The notes below the pieces were generated by a model, which made no database searches, was not told where the DNA came from, and saw only the letters and a program-made list of their open reading frames with translations. DNA of 17,961 nt, taken from the NCBI GenBank assembly GCA_045805065.1, contig JBJMMA010000260.1, positions 1 through 17,961 on the forward strand, read 5' to 3'. Below, piece after piece: positions 7,732-16,171 of this stretch. The number at the start of each line of letters is the position of its first letter. Position 1 is the first letter of the stretch. This DNA comes from Bdellovibrionia bacterium (lineage in GTDB: Bacteria; Bdellovibrionota; UBA1018). The translations under genes were made by a program, and so were the position numbers.

Positions 7732-7747
7732 TGGCTTATGGATTGCA
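7732..7747 (+). promoter_or_regulatory. Putative sigma54 promoter of the alpha-glucan operon
   Basis: TGGC-TTATGGA-TTGCA with exact GG-N10-GC spacing. Predicted start of transcription about 7758. Confidence 0.6.
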
Positions 7748-7774
7748 GAGCGAGCCCCCGTGTCGAGCCTACCT

Positions 7775-9802
7775 ATGCAATCTTTCGGGAAAAAAGACGA
7801 ATCCGCAGACGTAGTTCACAAAGAGTGGCTAGTGACCGATGGCAGAGGTTCGTTTGCCATGGGAACGCCTGAGGGGATCCGAACCCGCAAATATCACGGG
7901 TTCTGCCTGGGGATCGCGGGGCGCTCAGAAGCCGCTTTCCTGGCCGACCTCGGGATGAGCATCGGAGGCCAAAATCTCTGGCCCCATCGCTATCGCAACG
8001 GAGTCGACGCCGCAGGGCCAGCCTTTCGTTACACTTCCACAGGCACCGGACCTGAGTGGGAATGGATCTTAGATGAACCCTCAGGTGTGTTGCGTTTTGC
8101 GGTCAAAGCGCAACGTCAGAAGGGGATCGAATTGCAATGGAGCTGGAAGAGTACTCGCGCGACGGCGAGAAAAATTCCCATCGAGCTCAAGATTCGGCCC
8201 TTCTTTGCGATGAGACCTCTTCATTCTTTAGGCGGCGCGACCTGGGCTTTTGAAGATCATGAAGATGATTCTGGCGATACGCGGCTTCGTGTTCTGGCTA
8301 CGGGGGCAGACGCGGTGATGCTTGAGCCTTTGTATCTCGTCTTGTCGGGAAGCTGGAAATGGAGCGAGTTACCTTTCTGGTACAATGAGTTCTTTTACTC
8401 CGAGGAGCTCGCGCGGGGCTATCCCGCCGAGGAAAATCTCTTCTCCGCCGGAGAGTGGACGCTCATGCTCAAAGACGGAGAGCCAGCGCGTATCTTGATG
8501 GCAGAGGAAGCTGACATTCTCAGCATGCCGCAACAACCTGCACGCAGACGCGCCAGATCCTTGGGTGACATCCGCGTTCCTGCGCTGGATTTCGTGGTGC
8601 ATGAGCCCGCTGGAGTGGTTGCAGGCTATCCTTGGTTTGGAGAGTGGGGACGCGACACCTTTATTTCGCTCCCAGGACTTGCGATCCGTTGGCTTGAGTC
8701 TGGCGGAAAATCTCACGAAGTAGCATCCTGGGTGGATGACGTGCTGACGCGCTGGGGACAGTGGATTCAGCTCACGGGCATGCTTCCAAACTTGATCGAG
8801 AAAAATGGCTCGCATCAGTGGGAATCGGCAGATGCGACACTCTGGTGGTGTCATGCACTTGCTTCGCTTTGGGCGTTTGGTGCCGCTGGACGAAAAGAGT
8901 TTCACGGAATCGACAAACGCTTCAAGCCGCTTCTGGATCATGCGATCGATTCCATTACTTCTGGCCGCCATGTTTTCTTGAAACTGGCAGCTGATGGAAT
9001 GCTGGAGGTCACCGAGCCGCACAGCACCTGGATGGATGCTCGCATTGAAGGTTGTGCGGTCACTCCTCGAATCGGGAAGCTTCCCGAGATGAATGCACTC
9101 TGGTTTCAAGCCCGGTGTTTGCAGGCTCTCTGGTCAGAAGAAGGGGACTTAACGGACTTGCTGACACTCGGACGCAAAACACTGGATCGCCTCAATTGGG
9201 AGGCATCGGAGAACGATCGCCCGAATTTTATCTTTTTACATAGTATCCCGCTTGCTCCCTCGTTTGTCCTTCGTGAGTCAGCAGCATTGAGAAAAGACCT
9301 GGAGCGAGCAGAAACTTTTTGGACGCCCGTAGGCCTCAGGAGTCTGAAGCCTACGAGTCGCGCCTACCAGGCCAAGTGTGTTGGAACCCAAGCTGTTCGC
9401 GATCAGGCATATCACCAGGGAACGGTTTGGGGATGGTTAGGGGGGCATTTTGAGATGGCAAAGCAACGAGCTGAGATGCACGACGAGTTTGAAACGTTCC
9501 CAGTCAATCGACTAGAGTCCATGCCGATCGAAGGGCATATTTCCGAAATCTTTGACGGAGATCCTCCTTTTACGTCGCGTGGGGCTCCTGCGCAGGCGTG
9601 GAGTCTTGCCTGTCTCGAAGAAGCTCGCGCACGCAAGCGGCTGAACGTCGACGCTAAGCTGAGCGATATTCTTTCACGCCGCTGGCTTGGAAAAGAAGAA
9701 CGACGGACGCGCAGACCAAGCACGCGAACTCGTCGCGGGGGGCAGCAAGAAGGACCAGGCCCAGGATCAGAACAAGATCAAGGCCAGGGCGGGGTGCTGT
9801 AA
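7775..9802 (+). CDS. Glycogen debranching enzyme, amylo-alpha-1,6-glucosidase (GH133-like, archaeal/Bacteroidota type)
   Basis: N-domain EWLVTDGRGSFAMGT..G..TRKYHG. Catalytic domain AGYPWFGEWGRDTFISLPGL, SADATLW, TWMDA..VTPR.GK..E.NALW, TPVGLRSL, AYHQGTVW.WL, ISEIFDG..P...G..AQAWS. Start could be ATG 7775 or GTG 7760. Confidence 0.93.
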   Translation: MQSFGKKDESADVVHKEWLVTDGRGSFAMGTPEGIRTRKYHGFCLGIAGRSEAAFLADLGMSIGGQNLWPHRYRNGVDAAGPAFRYTSTGTGPEWEWILDEPSGVLRFAVKAQRQKGIELQWSWKSTRATARKIPIELKIRPFFAMRPLHSLGGATWAFEDHEDDSGDTRLRVLATGADAVMLEPLYLVLSGSWKWSELPFWYNEFFYSEELARGYPAEENLFSAGEWTLMLKDGEPARILMAEEADILSMPQQPARRRARSLGDIRVPALDFVVHEPAGVVAGYPWFGEWGRDTFISLPGLAIRWLESGGKSHEVASWVDDVLTRWGQWIQLTGMLPNLIEKNGSHQWESADATLWWCHALASLWAFGAAGRKEFHGIDKRFKPLLDHAIDSITSGRHVFLKLAADGMLEVTEPHSTWMDARIEGCAVTPRIGKLPEMNALWFQARCLQALWSEEGDLTDLLTLGRKTLDRLNWEASENDRPNFIFLHSIPLAPSFVLRESAALRKDLERAETFWTPVGLRSLKPTSRAYQAKCVGTQAVRDQAYHQGTVWGWLGGHFEMAKQRAEMHDEFETFPVNRLESMPIEGHISEIFDGDPPFTSRGAPAQAWSLACLEEARARKRLNVDAKLSDILSRRWLGKEERRTRRPSTRTRRGGQQEGPGPGSEQDQGQGGVL

Positions 9803-11409
9803 TGCCAAGCGCAAGACATACACGAGTCATGATGTTGGGTTGGGAATATCCTCCGCGCTTTGCAGGTGGTCTTGGCAAGGCTTGCCAGGGACTTGCACAG
9901 GGTCTCGCAAAAAGCGGAGCGCAAATCTTTTTTGTGCTCCCAACGTTTCCGGATCGCTTGTCTGAGCCCAGACTTGAAGTCGTTGGCGCGCGCGAGTGCA
10001 TGATCGAGGCAGGCTGGGATCCTGAAGCTTCCAATCTGACTCCGATCGGAGGCTGGGAATCCTTTCAGGAAGTTGCCGAAGCTGCGGGTCTTGATGTGGA
10101 GAGTTTTCCTGAGAAATTCTCAGAATCCATTTCAACGATTCGCACCGACGCCGTGATGACGCCTTACTCGTCGCCTGCGGGACCTGCGCCTGAGCGTATT
10201 CTGCAAATGTTTGAGAAGGGTGAAGCTCATCCTATGACGATGCCTCGTCACACTGAGGCCGGGAAAAAGATTTTCAAAGTCTTCCAGCAGCATCTCAAGC
10301 AAACGATCGCAGCTGTGACCACGCATAAAGCGCCTCCGCCGGAGCTGTTTCAGGGTCAGCAAGCTTCGGGGCAGCAGGCTCCATCGTCTGAGCCACGTCC
10401 TGCGGAAACCAAAAAGAAGAGCGTGACTGGAGCCGGTGAAGAAATTTACGGCCGCACTCTTTGGAGCGAGATTGAGCGTTTCACCACTATGGTGGGACAT
10501 CTGGCTGAGGGTCATGAAGTGGACGTTGTGCATGCGCACGACTGGATGACCTTTCCTGCGGCCTTTGAGTTTCAGCGCAGAACGGGAACGCCCGTTTTTC
10601 TGCATGTTCACGCGACCGAATACGATCGCAGCGGTGAGAACCTGAACAACGACGTCTTTAGAATCGAGCGCGAAGGCTTCAGACGCGCGACGCATATTTT
10701 TGCCGTCAGCCGTTATACGGCAGGAATCATTGAGCGTCTTTACGGCGTCAATCGTCGTAAGATCACGGTCGTCTACAATGCGCCCGAAGAAAACATGCGC
10801 CAATTCGTCGTGGATCCAAAAGACAAGACGATCAAGCGCGAGCCACGGGTCGTGTTTTTAGGACGACTCACTTTCCAAAAGGGACCTGACCATTTCTTAA
10901 GGGCTGCGCAGATCGTGGCCCAGGTGAACAAAGAAGCTCGATTCATCTTCTGCGGAACAGGCGATATGCTGGTTCAGCTTCGCCATCAGGCGCATCGATT
11001 AGGAATCGAGGATCGTGTTCACTTTGCGGGATTTGTCGATCCATCCGGGGTCGATCAGATCCTCATGCATTCAAAAGTTCTCGTGATGCCAAGCGTATCG
11101 GAGCCATTCGGGCTTGTGGCCCTTGAGGCGATCCGATGCGGAATCCCTATCATTATTTCCAAACAGTCTGGGGTTCGCGAGGTTCTTCATCGCGCGCTTC
11201 AGGTGGATTTCTGGGATCATGAGAGACTGGCTGATCAAATGCTTGCGGCGTTGAGGCTTTCTGGCCTTTCTCAGCAGCTGGTTGAGGAGGGAATGGATCA
11301 GCTTCAACAGTTATCGTGGGAAAAATCGGCTCAAAAGGTAATCGAAACCTACCAAAAATATATCGGCACAACTTATTACCAAGCAGTCGAGGGAGCACAT
11401 GGCCATTGA
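9802..11409 (+). CDS. GT4-family glycosyltransferase (probable alpha-glucan/glycogen synthase-like)
   Basis: MLGWEYPP..AGGLG.AC.GL, VHAHDWMTF, HVHATEYDR, FLGRLT.QKGP and PSVSEPFGLVALEA motifs. TAATG overlap with the upstream stop codon. Confidence 0.93.
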   Translation: MPSARHTRVMMLGWEYPPRFAGGLGKACQGLAQGLAKSGAQIFFVLPTFPDRLSEPRLEVVGARECMIEAGWDPEASNLTPIGGWESFQEVAEAAGLDVESFPEKFSESISTIRTDAVMTPYSSPAGPAPERILQMFEKGEAHPMTMPRHTEAGKKIFKVFQQHLKQTIAAVTTHKAPPPELFQGQQASGQQAPSSEPRPAETKKKSVTGAGEEIYGRTLWSEIERFTTMVGHLAEGHEVDVVHAHDWMTFPAAFEFQRRTGTPVFLHVHATEYDRSGENLNNDVFRIEREGFRRATHIFAVSRYTAGIIERLYGVNRRKITVVYNAPEENMRQFVVDPKDKTIKREPRVVFLGRLTFQKGPDHFLRAAQIVAQVNKEARFIFCGTGDMLVQLRHQAHRLGIEDRVHFAGFVDPSGVDQILMHSKVLVMPSVSEPFGLVALEAIRCGIPIIISKQSGVREVLHRALQVDFWDHERLADQMLAALRLSGLSQQLVEEGMDQLQQLSWEKSAQKVIETYQKYIGTTYYQAVEGAHGH

Positions 11410-12667
11410 TTTATGTTTTTACTTTGAGGTGCATCAGCCGTGGAGATTACGCCATTACCGCTTTGCGGAGGCAGGGAAAAACCACCATTACTTTGACGAC
11501 GAGAAAAACGCGCAGATTCTGAGAAAGGTCGCCAACAAGTGTTACCTTCCGATGAACAATCTGCTCTATGAGTTGATCTCGGAGCATCAGGGAAGATTCA
11601 AAGTCGCGTTCTCGATCACAGGAACCGCGCTTCAGCAATTTGAAGAGTATGCGCCAGAAGTGGTCGCGTCCTTCAAACGCCTTTTTGATACAGGTCAGGT
11701 CGAACTCCTCTCAGAGACCTCACACCATTCGCTGGCGGCTCTCTACAGTCCGGATGAGTTCAAGCAGCAAGTTGAACTTCATCGTGAGATCTGCACCCGG
11801 CTTCTGATTCCGCCAAGCAAAGTGTTCAGAAACACCGAGCTCATCACAAGCAATTGGGTGGCTCAACAAGTGGCCGCAATGGGATACGAAGGCATGTGCA
11901 TGGAAGGCGCCGATCATATTCTGAGGTGGCGCTCTCCGCTCTTCAAGTATCACATGGCTGCGGCTCCTCAGCTTGTGGCGTTGATGAAAAATTATCGCTT
12001 GAGCGATGATATTGCGTTCCGCTTCTCGGATCGCGGCTGGTCTCAGTGGCCACTGACGTCCGAAAAATACGCGGACTGGATCAAGAGCCTGGATCTTGAA
12101 AATCCGGTCGGTGCGCGCGGCGGCACTCCTTTCGTAGGCCTGTTCATGGACTATGAGACCTTCGGCGAGCATCAGTGGGCAAGCACGGGGATCTTTGATT
12201 TCATGAGAGCGCTTCCTGGCAGGCTTCTCAATCACGAAGGCTTGAGCTTCATCACGCCATCTGAGGCAGTTGCCAAGGCGCGTACGGAGAATTTCAACTT
12301 CGAGATTGATGCTCCGAATGCTTTCTCGTGGGCAGATTTGGAACGCGATCTCTCGGCCTGGCAGGGGAATCCGATTCAGGACGCATCGCTCAGAGCAGCC
12401 TATCGAATTGAGTCGGGTGTCAGACGTAAAGCCGCGGAGCTGGGTGGTGACGAAGGAGCCGAGCTATTGGAAACCTGGCGCAAACTTTTGACCAGCGATC
12501 ACTTCTATTACATGTGCACGAAATACTGGGCCGATGGGGACGTGCATAAGTACTTCAGTCCCTATGACTCGCCTTATGACGCTCACATCATTTACATGAA
12601 CGTGATGGCAGATATGGCAAGTCGATGTGGAGTATCGGATTCAACCGTTGAGCAGAGTATCGCTTAA
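11399..12667 (+). CDS. GH57 alpha-amylase-like glycoside hydrolase
   Basis: FEVHQP.RL, ETSHHSL, FRNTEL (nucleophile Glu), LSDDIAFRFS, MDYETFGEHQ (acid/base Asp), SWAD.ERD.SAW and TSDHFYYMCTK. 11-nt overlap with the GT4 gene, SD GGGAG. Confidence 0.95.
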   Translation: MAIDLCFYFEVHQPWRLRHYRFAEAGKNHHYFDDEKNAQILRKVANKCYLPMNNLLYELISEHQGRFKVAFSITGTALQQFEEYAPEVVASFKRLFDTGQVELLSETSHHSLAALYSPDEFKQQVELHREICTRLLIPPSKVFRNTELITSNWVAQQVAAMGYEGMCMEGADHILRWRSPLFKYHMAAAPQLVALMKNYRLSDDIAFRFSDRGWSQWPLTSEKYADWIKSLDLENPVGARGGTPFVGLFMDYETFGEHQWASTGIFDFMRALPGRLLNHEGLSFITPSEAVAKARTENFNFEIDAPNAFSWADLERDLSAWQGNPIQDASLRAAYRIESGVRRKAAELGGDEGAELLETWRKLLTSDHFYYMCTKYWADGDVHKYFSPYDSPYDAHIIYMNVMADMASRCGVSDSTVEQSIA

Positions 12668-12694
12668 GAGACGCTCTCAAAGAGGATAGAACCT

Positions 12695-14656
12695 ATGGCA
12701 TGGGAAAGGCGACCTCAAGCTGAAGTCCAGATGGGAAATGGGACCCTGCTTGCGACGTTTGATTCAAACGCCGAGATCGATCAGCTTTTTGCTCCAAATA
12801 TCGATGCGCTGCAATCGCGCCTGGGCGCCTTTCAAACATCGGTTTTGATTCCATCGGAACATGGCCATGGTCCGCAAATGATCCGGCTCAATTCCGGATC
12901 CTTTGATATCCGCATGAGACTTCTTCCTGGGTCGCAAGTGCTTCAGGCAGAGTACCATCACCGGTCGGCTCCCATCCGGCTTCAGCGCACTTTGGGAATG
13001 CATCCTACCGAGCCATTGATTCTGGATCGGTGGAAAATCTTGGAAGGACGCGTGGGTTTATTCCACGAGTCAGTTCCCTGGATGGGGAACTCGACCTCCG
13101 CTCATTGCTCGCTTTACCATCCTAACTTCAACGGCCTTGTCCATCACCGGGGAAGGCGTTGGTTGGGGATCATGGCCAAAGGCCCGACTCAATGGGTGAG
13201 AGTGGGGAATCTCTCTGAGCATGATCGCTATCGTCTTTGGGGCGGAGAAAAAGTCGACGTGCCCGTGGGTGGTCACGATCTGGGCGGATTTCCTTCAGGT
13301 CCAGTTCGCGTGGGCTGGGACCAGGTCGTTCAAGGACCTGCAACCTGGGGATCGTTTGCGATCGGGCCGGCAGAAGAGATCGAAATGGTCATCATCTGCG
13401 CGGAAAGTGAGCGGCATTTAGGAAGACTTTTGCAACTCGTTCAGCACGTCCCAACTCAGCGCTACTTTGAGATGATTGAAAGCCAGGTCACGCGCCGTCA
13501 TGCTCCGGCGATTCCGATCCTGGATCAGATCACGAATCCTGCCGTCAGGCAGCTCTGTGAGCGCTCGATTGATGTGCTTCATGCGCTTCAAGATGCGCGC
13601 ACGGGCGCACTCATGGCTGCCGCTGAAGTGGATCCTCATTCCAAGGTTTCGGGAGGCTACGGCTATAGCTGGCCAAGAGACGGCGCTTATCTCGCAAATG
13701 CCCTGGGTGCATTTAACTTTCATGATCGCGTCTCACATTATTTTCACTTTCTAGCCGACACCCAAGATCCATCCGGTGCGTGGTGGCAGAGATATCTGGC
13801 CACGGGTCATGCGGGTCCAAGCTGGGGCCGTATTCAAATTGATGAGCCTGCGGCCGTGATTGCAGCGGCCTTTCTTCACTATCGCCGCACTCATGACCTG
13901 TTCTGGCTTGAGAAGTTCTGGCCAACGATTGAAAAAGGGCTTCATTTCCTCGAAGAGTTTCATTCGCCCGAGCATCCGATGGGTTTGCCATCGCATGACC
14001 TTTGGGAAGAGCGAATGGGGATTCACGCTTATTCTTTGGGCGGCGTCTCATCGGCGTTTCTCTGCGGAGCTTATCTGGCTCGCGAACTCTCGGATCGAAA
14101 GGCTCAATCGCGCTATTATCAGTTCAGTCGCAAGCTTCTGGGAACTTTGCGCGAGAACTTTCTTCCTGAAAATCAGAACCCGCGTCGCGCCTTCATCGTC
14201 AATTCCTGGGATTATCAAAGAGGCGGTGGCTGGTGGGATGAGGCAACTGATTGCTCGATGCTGGGCCTGATCAATCCGTTCAAGGTTCTTGGAAAGCGCG
14301 ATAACTCGGCGAAGAGAATTGTTCACGACATCCGCCAGAAACTCTGGAGCAGCCCGACGGGTGGTCTTCTTCGCTATGAGCGAGATACCTATCGCGGAGG
14401 AAATCCTTGGATTCTCTGCACGCTCTGGCTGGGAATGATTGATCTGGAGTTTGGCGATATCTACGGCGCTCGCGAAACCTTTCAGTGGGTGATGAGCAAG
14501 CAGACCCAGGTGGGAATGCTTGCCGAGCAAGTGCATCGGGAGTCGGGTCATCCGTTCTGGGTGATTCCTCTTGGGTGGTCACATGCGATGTTTCTGACCT
14601 TTGTTCGTGATGTGATTGATCGCAGGCTTCAGCTTGAAATCTGGGGACAGGGCTGA
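12695..14656 (+). CDS. GH15 glucoamylase / oligosaccharide amylase
   Basis: GGYGYSWPRDGA, QIDE, DLWEE..G.H.YS, GG..RYE.D.Y.GGNPW..CTLW and LAEQ..PL.WSHAM motifs. N-terminal GNG.L beta-domain. SD AGAGGA. Confidence 0.93.
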   Translation: MAWERRPQAEVQMGNGTLLATFDSNAEIDQLFAPNIDALQSRLGAFQTSVLIPSEHGHGPQMIRLNSGSFDIRMRLLPGSQVLQAEYHHRSAPIRLQRTLGMHPTEPLILDRWKILEGRVGLFHESVPWMGNSTSAHCSLYHPNFNGLVHHRGRRWLGIMAKGPTQWVRVGNLSEHDRYRLWGGEKVDVPVGGHDLGGFPSGPVRVGWDQVVQGPATWGSFAIGPAEEIEMVIICAESERHLGRLLQLVQHVPTQRYFEMIESQVTRRHAPAIPILDQITNPAVRQLCERSIDVLHALQDARTGALMAAAEVDPHSKVSGGYGYSWPRDGAYLANALGAFNFHDRVSHYFHFLADTQDPSGAWWQRYLATGHAGPSWGRIQIDEPAAVIAAAFLHYRRTHDLFWLEKFWPTIEKGLHFLEEFHSPEHPMGLPSHDLWEERMGIHAYSLGGVSSAFLCGAYLARELSDRKAQSRYYQFSRKLLGTLRENFLPENQNPRRAFIVNSWDYQRGGGWWDEATDCSMLGLINPFKVLGKRDNSAKRIVHDIRQKLWSSPTGGLLRYERDTYRGGNPWILCTLWLGMIDLEFGDIYGARETFQWVMSKQTQVGMLAEQVHRESGHPFWVIPLGWSHAMFLTFVRDVIDRRLQLEIWGQG

Positions 14657-14669
14657 GAGAGTCTCTCTT

Positions 14670-14846
14670 ATGCAAGAGACCGATGTGACTTGCCCGTTCT
14701 GCGGGGAAACCTTCTCGACTGTCATTGATTGCTCCGAGGATCATCAGACCTATATTGAGGACTGCTTTGTCTGCTGCAGGCCGATCACCTTTCAGGTGGA
14801 GTGCAGTGATGGCGAGTTGATCTCGGTTGAAACGCTCAGGGAATAG
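14670..14846 (+). CDS. CPXCG-motif cysteine-rich small protein
   Basis: 58 aa from ATG 14670: CPFCGE.....ID.S...Q.YIEDC.VCCRPI, the typical signature of this zinc-ribbon-like family. Confidence 0.9.
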   Translation: MQETDVTCPFCGETFSTVIDCSEDHQTYIEDCFVCCRPITFQVECSDGELISVETLRE

Positions 14847-14869
14847 GTTTTTGCCCCTTTCTTTGTCAC

Positions 14870-14898
14870 TTGCCAGGTGCGTCGCAACCGATTAATCT
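14870..14898 (+). promoter_or_regulatory. Putative sigma70 promoter giving a leaderless rfaD transcript
   Basis: TTGCCA-N17-TAATCT followed by 7 nt and then ATG 14906. No SD is visible. Confidence 0.55.
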
Positions 14899-14905
14899 TC
14901 GCGGT

Positions 14906-15904
14906 ATGTCAACCATCGGTGCTGGTCAGAAAAAAGGCTTTTATATCGTTACGGGAGCAGCCGGCTTTGTCGGCGCTCGATTTGTGGAGTCCTGCAATCA
15001 GCTGGGAATTCCGGTCGTATCCGTCGATAAGACCGAGTATTTCACCGAGCGTACCGAGCACTCAAGCGTCGGCTTCGGTGAGATCGTCGATCGCGAAAAT
15101 CTGATGGAATGGCTTGGGAAGCTCGATGCTCAGGGACGCGTCTCTGAGATTCGCGCCATTGTTCACCTCGGTGCCTGCGCCAACACGATGCAGGCCGATG
15201 AAGCTTATCTTCTTCGGATGAACGTTGAGTATTCTCAAAAGCTTTGGAACTTTTCGAGCAAGCACAAGATCCCGATGATCTACGCCAGCTCGGCCGCGAC
15301 TTACGGGGATGGCGCTCAAGGCTACGATGATGATGAGTCCAAGATCCCAACTCTGAAGCCACTGAATCTCTATGGCGAGTCCAAGCAGAAGTTTGATGTT
15401 TGGGCGCTGGAGCAAGAAAAGAAGGGCAATCATCCGCCGACCTGGGCAGGATTTAAGTTTTTCAACGTCTACGGCTTTGGCGAGCGTCATAAAGGGCGCA
15501 TGGCAAGCGTGATTCTTCACTCATCCGGCCAGATCAAATCCCAAGGATTTGTCCGCCTGTTCAAGAGTCATCGCGCAGGAATCGCTGATGGCCATCAGAA
15601 GCGCGATTTCGTTTTCGTAGGCGATGTGGTTTCGGTCCTTCACTTCGCTTTGGATCATCCCCTCAATCGCGGCATCTTCAATTTGGGTACCGGACAAGCG
15701 CGCACTTTCCTGGATCTGACGCGCGCGGTTTTCAAAGCGCTTCATCGCGAGGAGAAAATCGACTTTGTCGATACTCCAATCGAGATCCGCGACAAGTATC
15801 AGTACTTCACCGAAGCCAATATGCAAAAGCTCAAGGCCGCGGGGTACACGAAGCCATTCACTTCTCTTGAAGACGGCGTGAAGCAGTATCTTTCACGGTT
15901 ATAA
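14906..15904 (+). CDS. rfaD: ADP-L-glycero-D-manno-heptose 6-epimerase
   Basis: IVTGAAGFVG, HLGAC..T, YASSAATYG, PLNLYGESK (YxxxK), FFNVYG..E.HKG.MASV, RDFV.V.DV, IFNLGTG.AR.F and YQYFTEA motifs. ATG 14906 preferred over TTG 14870. Confidence 0.93.
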   Translation: MSTIGAGQKKGFYIVTGAAGFVGARFVESCNQLGIPVVSVDKTEYFTERTEHSSVGFGEIVDRENLMEWLGKLDAQGRVSEIRAIVHLGACANTMQADEAYLLRMNVEYSQKLWNFSSKHKIPMIYASSAATYGDGAQGYDDDESKIPTLKPLNLYGESKQKFDVWALEQEKKGNHPPTWAGFKFFNVYGFGERHKGRMASVILHSSGQIKSQGFVRLFKSHRAGIADGHQKRDFVFVGDVVSVLHFALDHPLNRGIFNLGTGQARTFLDLTRAVFKALHREEKIDFVDTPIEIRDKYQYFTEANMQKLKAAGYTKPFTSLEDGVKQYLSRL

Positions 15905-16037
15905 GTAAGCTTTTAAGCCTTCTGTGATCTCAGTAGCTTTCGGTTGTAGTCAGCGTAGCCTTTTGTTTATTTGAGGCTCGGTCGAAACTTTTACCCGCCC
16001 AGCCAGTATTCCGCTTTAGAAGCCATGAACAGAGTAG

Positions 16038-16076
16038 GTCAGTTCTCACACACTCCGTCTGGAGGTAGAACCTGAC
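16038..16076 (+). other. Extended interrupted hairpin in the intergenic region
   Basis: GTCAG/CTGAC, TTCT/AGAA and CTCC-gtct-GGAG nested pairings. Confidence 0.4.
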
Positions 16077-16122
16077 ACATTATTCATCTGTTAAATCTGC
16101 AGTATTCTGATTGTGGTAGCTC

Positions 16123-16144
16123 ACGGTCCTAGGGGTAGGACCGT
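16123..16144. other. Perfect 9-bp hairpin 27 nt upstream of the start codon
   Basis: ACGGTCCTA-GGGG-TAGGACCGT followed by TCATT (weak U tract). Confidence 0.6.
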
Positions 16145-16171
16145 TCATTGGGTGTTAAACGGGGGGACAGA

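Noticed and set aside
14644..14651. Half-site GGGACAGG at the end of GH15 (similar 7-mers near 2524, 8755 and 16164)
   Set aside because: Matches of 7-8 nt are expected by chance and lie in coding or SD sequence without the palindromic partner.
14616..14669. Upstream starts from the ORF track (14616; also 3749, 3817, 14870, 16148)
   Set aside because: Downstream starts fit the SD, signal peptide or family N-terminus better. The TTGs at 3749 and 14870 coincide with -35-like boxes.
15905..16171. tRNA or known riboswitch (c-di-GMP, SAM, TPP) in the largest intergenic gap
   Set aside because: No cloverleaf, T-loop or recognisable aptamer consensus on either strand by eye.
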